A DNA stretch of 64,000 nt from an uncultured Rickettsiales bacterium (GTDB lineage Bacteria; Pseudomonadota; Alphaproteobacteria; RF32; CAG-239). This document shows positions 27,233-36,300 of the stretch, one piece after another. Position 1 is the stretch's first letter. Every line of letters begins with the position of its first letter. A program made the translations under genes and the position numbers. The DNA lies in assembly GCA_900551865.1 (NCBI GenBank), contig URXV01000004.1, positions 5,597 to 69,596 on the forward strand, written 5' to 3'. The notes under the pieces were generated by a model. The model ran no database searches, was not told the origin of the DNA, and saw only the letters and a list, made by a program, of their open reading frames with translations.

Positions 27233-27375
27233 AATATTGTTAAACATTTTCGTGCTATACTAAACATGGTGCAATTTAGCCTGTTGATAAGTTGCGGCAA
27301 TTTATTTTCTCGTTAGACTTTTAAAATTAAAAGTTCTAATTATATAAAAGGGTTATTTTAAAAAGAGGAAAAACC

Positions 27376-27564
27376 ATGTATAAAGCGCTGATTTTGGTAT
27401 TTGCCGTCTTAATTTTAGCCGCCTGCAATCTGGTTGGCAGCTATTACGAGCCTGAACCCGTCGGAATAGGCAAAGACGTGTACGAACTTAAGCTTTCTCC
27501 CTGTGCCTGTATAGAGGTGGAACTGCCGAAGACGCTGCCGGACTGGTTCCGGGCAATGAGCTGA
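27376..27564 (+). CDS. Small lipoprotein (VirB7-like by size and context)
   Basis: 62 aa. RBS AAGAGGA. Lipobox LAAC (MYKALILVFAVLILAAC). It lies between the two virB8 paralogues and upstream of virB9. Confidence 0.45.
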   Translation: MYKALILVFAVLILAACNLVGSYYEPEPVGIGKDVYELKLSPCACIEVELPKTLPDWFRAMS

Positions 27565-27580
27565 ATTAGAGGTACGGTTG

Positions 27581-28345
27581 ATGGCTGAACAGATTTCTTC
27601 TGACAATACAAAAAAACTGCTCTTGGAGGGAGGCGGAGCCAAAGCGGCGCCGCAGCCTCGTCCGGCACGCCCGCACCGGCGTCCCGGAAATGCGGATATT
27701 GTTGTCGAGAATGCAACGGAAAAGCGTTATCTGTGGACGGCGCGGGCTTTTGCCATCATCTTTGCCGTCAGCCTGTGCTGTAATTTGATTCTGACGTATG
27801 TCGTATTCGCCATAATGCCGCTGTATCGGATTGAACCGTATTTGTTCAGTTTTTCAAACAAAGAAGACCAGATATATACTATCCATCCGGTGAAAAATAT
27901 CTATGAACATAAATATTTGACGGAAATTTTTGTCAGGGAATATGTCCTTCTTCGTAATACGTTTGTTAATGATGTTGAAGAAATGGAACAGCGTTGGGGG
28001 GCTGGCAGTACGATACAGGAGATGTCCGCAACCGGAGTTTATGATAAGTTTCGCAAGGAATTTGCCGATGCGGCGATTGAACTTATCCGCAAGCATAATA
28101 TTACCCGTAACATAAAGATTTCTTCCGTAACCGAGGTTGGCGGTGTAAACGGTGAAACCTGGTGGCAGGTGGAGTTTCGGGTTGAAGATATGATGCCGGA
28201 ATATGAAACGCCCCGTTTGAGCGTGTGGGTGGCTTCCGTTAAGATAAGATACCGTGCCAAACGGGTTAAATTTGGCGAAAGGCTGAAAAATCCGTTGGGA
28301 TTTACCGTCCTTGACTATAAACAGGTTGAACGCAAAACAAATTAA
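27581..28345 (+). CDS. virB8: VirB8/TrbF-family protein, paralogue 2
   Basis: One TM (FAIIFAVSLCCNLILTYVVFAIM). Motifs YVLLRNTF..EMEQRW and NPLGFTVLDY. ATG at 27581 is preferred over TTG at 27578. Confidence 0.75.
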   Translation: MAEQISSDNTKKLLLEGGGAKAAPQPRPARPHRRPGNADIVVENATEKRYLWTARAFAIIFAVSLCCNLILTYVVFAIMPLYRIEPYLFSFSNKEDQIYTIHPVKNIYEHKYLTEIFVREYVLLRNTFVNDVEEMEQRWGAGSTIQEMSATGVYDKFRKEFADAAIELIRKHNITRNIKISSVTEVGGVNGETWWQVEFRVEDMMPEYETPRLSVWVASVKIRYRAKRVKFGERLKNPLGFTVLDYKQVERKTN

Positions 28346-28367
28346 TTGAATGTTTAGGGTATGCATA

Positions 28368-30356
28368 ATGACTAAAGTATTGAACATTTTATCAGCGGCA
28401 ATTTTATCGTTGGGGGCGCTTGCAACTTTGGCCGAGGCTCAGGTAACCAAAGATAATCTGGATCAGAACGCAGACCAGAGCCAGGGGAATTATGCAGCTA
28501 CCAATTTAAATTATTTGGGGGGCGTCGGATCGCTTGGTATGATGCAAAGCGCGTGGAAGGACCCTCTGCAGCACATGGGAGAAGGGCAGACACGGCCGGG
28601 GTATACCAAATATTATTGGACACCGGAATTGGTTTTGCCGGTCAGAGTCCGCGAGGGAATGTATACTCTGATTAATTTTCCGAATTGGGAAGTTATTGAG
28701 AATGTCTATATCGGCGACGGACAGTCGTTTAATGCGGAAATACAAGGGCCTTCAAGTTTGATGGTTTACCCGGATTCGTCGCAGTTTGTCGGAGTGGATA
28801 CCAATATGATTGTTTTTGGTCGATCCGGTAATAAATATGTTTTTTATGTTCAAAGTGAAACGGTAAATACCGACCGCATTACTAATGCTATTATTGATAT
28901 AGAAGTCGTTAAAAACCGTCAGAATGCCAACGGCTCTGCGGTTATCGGAGCGGGAACAGGCGGCGGCCACATAAACGCCAACAGTTACAGCCAGGACGGA
29001 ACCAGTGCGGATGCAACGTTTACGCGTAATTTGCAAAAAGAGGACTGGATTGAAAAAATTCCTGTCGATCCGACGAAATTCAGGTTTGATATTGAAGTAT
29101 ATGTTCCCAATCCCGACGATATTGTTATTGCGCCGGAGCGCGTTTGGCGTGATAACATATTCACATATATTGATTTGGGAGACAAAGCTCTGACTGCGGT
29201 ACAACGGCCGATTGTTACATTGATTGTCGAACGTTCCGAAACACCCGTAGGCTTCCGGACAGCCGGGCCGAACAACCGTTTGATTATTGTTGAAGGCATG
29301 GGAGATATGGTTTTGCGCAGCGGAAAACGGATTGTTTGCCTGAAGCTCCGTCGCGCAGATTCTGACGGGTTGGAAAATACCGTTTATGCCAAAACGAACG
29401 AGTGGGATCTTCAGTCGGCGCATGCTTCCAAGCCGGAAAATGGCCTTGAAACCGGGCAGTATGAGGACGTGTACGGTAATGGCGGAGCCTCTCGGCCGAC
29501 CATGGGAAATAATAGTACGTCGGGAAATAACAGTGCATCTGGAAATAGTGGCACATCAGGAACCGGTGCGGCATTTTTTGAAAATAATTCATTTTCTGGA
29601 ACGCAAAATGCGACACAAAATAGTGGCGGCTTAAGCTATGAAGACATCATAAGCGGGCAAAAAGTCCCGGCCGGCAATGCAAATCAGTCTGGCAGGCAGC
29701 CGTCTTCAGGAGAAATGTCGCTAAACGATGCCTCCGCATTAAATTCTATTCCGAAAGCAACGCCTGTTGTTGCTCCGGTACAGAATAAACAGGATAATAC
29801 AACAGCTCCGCATCCGTCTCTGTCCGGGCAATATGACGTCAAGGCCGGCGGTGGTGCAGAACTTGTTACGCCGGAATACAACGGGAAACAGGATGTTTCG
29901 ATAACATATCAGAAGGATAAAGTTCAGGGTACTCCGGCGGCAGGAACACCGGCCGTGGGGAATTCGTCCAATAACTCAAGCCCCGTGCTGATTACGCCCA
30001 AAGAAGATGCCGCTGATAAAAACGCTGTTGTTTCCGCAGAAACGGAAGCTTTGCTGAAAGAATTCCGTGACGGCAAGGCTTTTGCCAATGTTGATGAAAG
30101 CAATATTTCTATTGAATTGGGAACGGATGAAGACGTGAATAATCTTGAAAAGTTGTGGAACGATATTTCCAAAAATTATTCAGCCGCTATAGGAAAATAT
30201 CAGCCCTTTTATTCGGTGGACACGCCTGCCGATGGTCAGGGGAGAGAAGTTTTTCATCTCCGCGTCGGGCCGGTAAAGTCATTGGATGAAGGGGATAATA
30301 TTTGCAGCCAGCTTGGGCGTAACGGTATCTTTTGCAGCGTGGTCAGAATACAATGA
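28368..30356 (+). CDS. virB9: VirB9/TrbG-like protein with low-complexity linker and C-terminal SPOR-like domain
   Basis: Signal peptide MTKVLNILSAAILSLGALATLAEA; the ORF is open from 28350. VirB9-like N- and C-domains are present (YYWTPELVLPVRVREGMYTLINFP.., IFTYIDLGDK..PIVTLIVERSETPVGFR..RLIIVEG). A Gly/Asn/Ser-rich linker follows, then the SPOR-like end. Confidence 0.7.
   Translation: MTKVLNILSAAILSLGALATLAEAQVTKDNLDQNADQSQGNYAATNLNYLGGVGSLGMMQSAWKDPLQHMGEGQTRPGYTKYYWTPELVLPVRVREGMYTLINFPNWEVIENVYIGDGQSFNAEIQGPSSLMVYPDSSQFVGVDTNMIVFGRSGNKYVFYVQSETVNTDRITNAIIDIEVVKNRQNANGSAVIGAGTGGGHINANSYSQDGTSADATFTRNLQKEDWIEKIPVDPTKFRFDIEVYVPNPDDIVIAPERVWRDNIFTYIDLGDKALTAVQRPIVTLIVERSETPVGFRTAGPNNRLIIVEGMGDMVLRSGKRIVCLKLRRADSDGLENTVYAKTNEWDLQSAHASKPENGLETGQYEDVYGNGGASRPTMGNNSTSGNNSASGNSGTSGTGAAFFENNSFSGTQNATQNSGGLSYEDIISGQKVPAGNANQSGRQPSSGEMSLNDASALNSIPKATPVVAPVQNKQDNTTAPHPSLSGQYDVKAGGGAELVTPEYNGKQDVSITYQKDKVQGTPAAGTPAVGNSSNNSSPVLITPKEDAADKNAVVSAETEALLKEFRDGKAFANVDESNISIELGTDEDVNNLEKLWNDISKNYSAAIGKYQPFYSVDTPADGQGREVFHLRVGPVKSLDEGDNICSQLGRNGIFCSVVRIQ
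30102..30353 (+). other. SPOR-like peptidoglycan-binding domain at the VirB9 C-terminus
   Basis: ISIELGT..FHLRVGPVKSLDEGDNICSQLGRNGIFCSVVRIQ parallels the FtsN-type SPOR ending (..RVVIGPVKGKENADSTLNRLKMAGHTNCIRL) in its shared G-P-V-K core. Confidence 0.55.
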
Positions 30357-33300
30357 ACGAAAATACCCGTTTTGAAGAATATGAAAGAAAAACCAGAAAA
30401 ATAATCCTTACGATAGGAATTATTGCCGGCATTTTTTTCCTGTTCGGACTGCTGGTAATTTCGTCGGACGAAGAAAATTATAACCCGGAAGAAACCTCTC
30501 CTGATTTTGTTGAAAACCAGAATATTCTTCCTGATGTTTCTGTTGATACGGAGCCGGTGTTTATAGATGCGGAGGACACGCCTGCTTCAGAGCGAAAAAA
30601 GCCGATTAAGGTTACTCCGGCTCAAATTAACATGAACAAATTTATCCTCGGTGTAGATACGCAGAATCAGAGTGTCTTAACTATTGGAACCGACGGCAGC
30701 GAAAGTATCCATATTGAGCGGGTTGAGTTGGTGGAAGAGACAGAAGACGGATTTGAGTTTCGAGACAAATGCCGCAATCGGGATTTGCGCGGAGATGAAA
30801 CCTGCAACGTTCTGATAACATGGGTGCCGCATCTTCCCGGAAATGTACAGAATAATTTTAAAATAATCTGGTATGAAACCAGATTGGATAAATCAAGTGC
30901 AAAATCGGAAGAAGTCAGCATAAAGGGAAGTGCGGTTTATCCGGAGGACACGCGCCAGGGGTGCGATGCGTCAACGGGGTGCAGCATCGGTGGCGACGGT
31001 ATAGGCGCCCATCGCTTGGCAATAGGGCCGAATGGCGAAATTATCGGCTATATAGACGAAGCGGGAAATGTACATGACCGGGACGGCAATATTATCGGCC
31101 GCGTTAATGAAGACGGAATGGTTGTCGATTCTGACGGTAATATTATTGGCGTTGCCCAAAATATGAAATTGGCTTATGACAAAGACGGCAACATTATCGG
31201 CTATGTCAAAACCGACGGCACCGTTGTCGATTTGCAGGGAGAAGTTATCGGCAAGGCTCTTCCGGACGGAACGATTGTGAACAGCAAAGGCGAAGTTATC
31301 GGCAAAGCTGTTGAAGCCGGATTTGTTTATGATGAAAATGGCAAAATAATCGGCCGGGTTCTGCCTGACGGAACCGTGGTGGACATCAATGACCCCAAAA
31401 AAATAATCGGCCGGCTGAATGAAAACGGCGAGGTTGTTGATGAAAACGGTAACGTTATCGGTAAGGTAACATCTTCCGGCAATATTGTAGTCGATGAAAA
31501 CGGCAATGTCCTCGGCGTCGTAATGCCTGATAACAGCGTTGTGGACAAAGACGGCAATATAGTCGGTTATGTTGATGAAAACGGCAATGTTTACCGGGTA
31601 GCTGAAGAAAAAATCGGTACCAACGGTGAGAGCCGGAAAATCGTTTATGACAAAGACGGCAAAGCCGTCGGTTATGTTGATGAAAACGGCAAGGTCGTTA
31701 AATTTTCAAAAGACGATAAGCCGAAAGTCATCGGGAAAGTCGGTGCCAGCCGGCGTTTGGCTTACGATAAGGATGGCAATGTTATCGGGTATGTCGATAA
31801 AGACGGAACAGTCAGGGATTTCAAAGGCAACACCATTGGCAAAATGGATAAAGACGGCAATATTGTCGGCAAAGACGGGAAAATAATTGGTAAAGCCGGA
31901 GCTTATGCCAAATTAGCCTTAGATAAGGACGGAAAAGTCATCGGGCATATTGACGAACAGGGGCGCGTCTTCGACCACAATGGAAAACACATCGGCAATG
32001 TTGATAAGAACGGCAATATCATAAGCACGGAGCGTGCCGGCAATTCGGCGGATAAAAAGCGCATTGCGTTGGGGAAAGATGGCAAACCAATCGGTTATAT
32101 TGATGATGACGGCAATGTTGTTGATTTTGATGGAAATGTTATAGGCAAAGTTAATGATAAAGGCGACATCATAGATAAAAACGGCCGCAGGATAGGAAGT
32201 GCCGGCGATTATGCGACTCTTGCTTTTGATAAAAGCGGCAAGGTAATGGGAATAGTTGATGATAAAGGACGGGTCATCGGCAAAGACGGAAAATTGCTGG
32301 GGTTTGTTGACAAAGACGGTAAAATTATCGGAACAAACGGCAAGATAATCGGCAAAGCAGGAACTTCCCGCCGGCTCGCCTATGATAAAAACGGCAAGTT
32401 TATAGGATATGTCGATACTGACGGCACGGTAAAGGGATGCGGTGGTATAGTCTTAGGAAAAGTTGATAAAGACGGTAATATTTTGGATAAAAATAACCGC
32501 GTAATTGGCAAAGCCGGAGAAGTCAGGGAACTGGCATTTAACGGCAAGGGCGTGTTTATCGGCTATATAGACGATAAAAAACGCGTAATCGATTGCAGCG
32601 GCAAAATAATCGGTGTTGTTGATAAAAACGGGAACATTATTGAATCCAGCGGCGAAAATCTTGGTACCGCCGGAAATTTCAAACGTCTTGCGTATGACAA
32701 AGACGGCAAGGTGATTGGCTATGTAACGCCTGACGGTACTGTAAAGGATTTCAAGGGTAATCTCATCGGCAGAATGTCTGCAGACGGAACAATATTGGAT
32801 AAGAAAGGTCGGGCTGTCGGCAAGGCCGGCGATTTTAGGAAAGTTGCAACGGACAAAAACGGCAATATTATCGGTTATGTTGATGAACATGGCCGTGTTG
32901 TTGACGAGAAAGGTAAAATTGTCGGTTTTATAGATAAAAACGGCAATGTAGTCAAAGCCGGAGATACCGTCATCGGCAAAACCTGCGTCAGAAAGAAAGT
33001 TGTTTATAACCGGCGCAACCAGATTATAGGTTTTGTAGAAGCCAATGGTACCGTAAAAGACTTCAATAACAAAGTTATCGGCAATGATAAAAATGGAGAT
33101 GTGGCTGATACCAAAGGAATTCTAATTGGAAAGACCGGCATAGCTTTGAATGTTGTCCGCCGGAGTGACGATGTCGTTATCGGTTATGTTGACGATAAAA
33201 ACTATGTGCGCGGTAATGAAAACAAAATTGCCGGTCTGGTTGATTTAAAAGGAAATGTGCTGGCCGTCAGGGAAAATATCATTGGAAAACTGGATGCAGA

Positions 33301-36300
33301 TAAGAAGACGCTGCGTGATAAAGGCGGTGAAATTATCGGTTATATGAAAAACAATAATTTCGCTTTTGATAAAAGCAATGAAATAATCGGATATGTAAAT
33401 GACAAGGGCGAAGTTGTCGCATCGGGAGAGATAATTTGTACGGCCTGCAAGAGCGCTAGGCTCGCTTATGATAAAAATGGCAATATCCTCGGATATGTTG
33501 ATGAAAACGGCAATGTTATCGGACCCGACGGAAAAATTGTCGGATATGTGGATAAAGACGGCAATGTTATAGGCGCCAATGGCGAAATAATCGGAAAAAT
33601 CGGCGATGGCCGCAGGCTGGCTCTTGATAAAAACGGTAAAGTCATCGGCTATATTGAGCCGGACGGCACAGTGAAGGATTTCAAAGGAAACATCCTTGGC
33701 AAAGTCGATAAAGACGGCAATATTGTTGACAAGGACGGCAACATCATCGGCAAAGCCGGTGCGGAACGCCGCCTGGCATTAGATAAAGATGGAAAGGTTC
33801 TCGGCTATGTCGATGAAAACGGGCGGGTTATCGATGAAAACGGCAATGTACTGGGGATGGTCGACAAAGATGGCAATATTATCGGAATTAACGGCGATAT
33901 TATCGGCTCGGTGGGCGAAGCCAAAAATCTGGCGTACGACAAAGACGGCAATATAATAGGCTACGTTGGCGAAAATGGCGAAGTCAGGGATTTTGCCGGA
34001 AATACGCTGGGGTATGTCGACGATAACGGTAATATTCTCAATAATACCGGAGAAATTATAGGTTCAGTCGGCAAAAATGGCAAATTAGCTTATGACAAGG
34101 ATGGCAATGTTATCGGATATGTTGATGAAAACGGCAACGTTTACGACTTTGATGGAAATTTAATCGGTAAAGCCAATCCTGACGGTACAATTACGGATCA
34201 ATACGGCCGGGTCATTGGCAGGGTAGGGGGAACCGCCGGGCTGGCTGTTGACAAAGACGGCAATGTTATCGGTTATATCGGCGAAGACGGAAACGTCTAT
34301 AAAGAAAACGGCGAACTGTTGGGTTTTCTGGATGATGACGGCAACGTCGTCGGGGTAACCGGAGAAGTCTTGGGAAAAGCGGATATAAGCAAGCGTTTGG
34401 CTTATGATAAGGACGGCAAAGTTATTGGTTACATTGATGATGATGGAACGGTTCATGATTTTGACGGCAATTTAGTCGGATATTTGGGCGAAGACGGGAC
34501 GATTCATGATATCAATGGCAATATCATCGGCAAAGCCGGAGATTTGTCCAAAGTTGTAGTTGACGAAAACGGCAAAGTTATCGGCTATGTTGATGATAAA
34601 GGACATGTAATAGGAAATGGCGGCAAGGTGATTGGGTTTGTTGCTGAAGACGGAACTGTTCATGGCAGCAGCGGAGAGGTAATCGGTCGCCTTGCGCAAA
34701 ATGGCAGCGGAACATTGAGCGTTGTTAATCGCCGGGCAGTATTGGACGGTAACGGCAATGTTATCGGCTATGTCGATGAAAATGGCAATGCCCGTGATTT
34801 TGACGGTAATATTTTAGGAACCGTGCAGGAAGACGGCAGCATTAAAGATTCTTCGGGAAAGATTGTCGGCCGGGCTGGCGACAATATGGAGTTTACTGCT
34901 GATGAGAACGGAAAGATTACCGGAAAAGTGGGGGAATATTCAAATCTGGCCGTGGATAATGACGGCAATGTTATAGGTTATGTTGGAAAAGACGGAAAAG
35001 TATATGATGCTGACGGGTTGGTAATAGGATTTATTGATGAGAATGGAAACGTCATCACCTCACGGGGTATTAAAATCGGCGCCGTCATAAAGAAGGATAT
35101 GATAGCTGTTTCCCCGAACGGATACAGCTTGGGAAGCATCAACAATCGCGGAGAAGTCGTTAATGCCAAAGACGAGGTTATTGGCAAAATACTGCCGAAT
35201 TCATTAATTCGGGCAACGGAAGGCAACAGCATTATCGGCAAAACGGTTGTCGGCGGTTTGGCTGTAGGCTGGGGATGCAGGCACTACGGATATGTTGACC
35301 GCGATGCAAAGGTAAAAAAAGACGGACAGGATACCGGATACCGGATGTTATTTGACCGCAGCATTGTAGATAAAGACGGCAATTATACCGGCGACGTAGC
35401 CAAAATAGGCTGGGTTCGGGATGATAAATGCAATATCATCGGCAAAGCCGGTTCTGACGGCTATGTGCGCGGCGAAAACGGGGAGTATGTCGGCTGTGTC
35501 AATCCTGACGGAGGAGTTTTGAATCCTGACGGAAAAGTCATCGGAAAAGTTTTTGAAATGTCCTATGCCCTGTATTACAGCGGCGAGATGATGGGACTGC
35601 TGACCCCGGACGGAAGCATTAAGTCAGGAGCCGGAACGGTTGGATGTGCAAATCTTCAAGGAGAGGTTCTGAACAAGGACGGTTTTATCGTTGGACAGGT
35701 GATGGACAAGTCTCAGGCGTATGATTTAAATGGAAAATTTATAAATAATTTATCAACATTCGGTTATGACAGCACGGAAGTTATTCCCAATACTAAAATT
35801 CTCTTGAACCGCCTTATTGTTAACCCGAAAAAAGAAATAAAGGGAATAGTGCTGCCTGAGAAAAATATAGTTGTCGATTCTAACGGTAAAGTTATCGGAC
35901 ATCTGTTTGCCGATGGTTATGTTTACAATCAAAAAGGCATTGCCGTAGACAGATTCATTTATGACGGAAGTTCTTTTTATGCAAACCGTCCCGGACGGCT
36001 TTTGCCGCAAGGGAATGTAGTGGATTTTAACGGTGATTATATTGGCTTTGTCAATGGTGATGGTACGGTTATAGATGTTTTGGGAACAGTTCTGGGACGA
36101 ATTGATGCCAAAGGTCGGATGTTTAACGAAAAAGGAGAATATAAAGGCGGAGTTCTACAAACCGGAGTTGGAATTGGGTATGACGGTTCGTATCTTGGAT
36201 ACGTCAGTAAAAGCGGCAAAGTGATTGACGTAGACGGCAATATGAGCGGGCTTGTCAGCTCAGACGGGCATGTGCTTGATAAAAATAAACAGATTATCGG

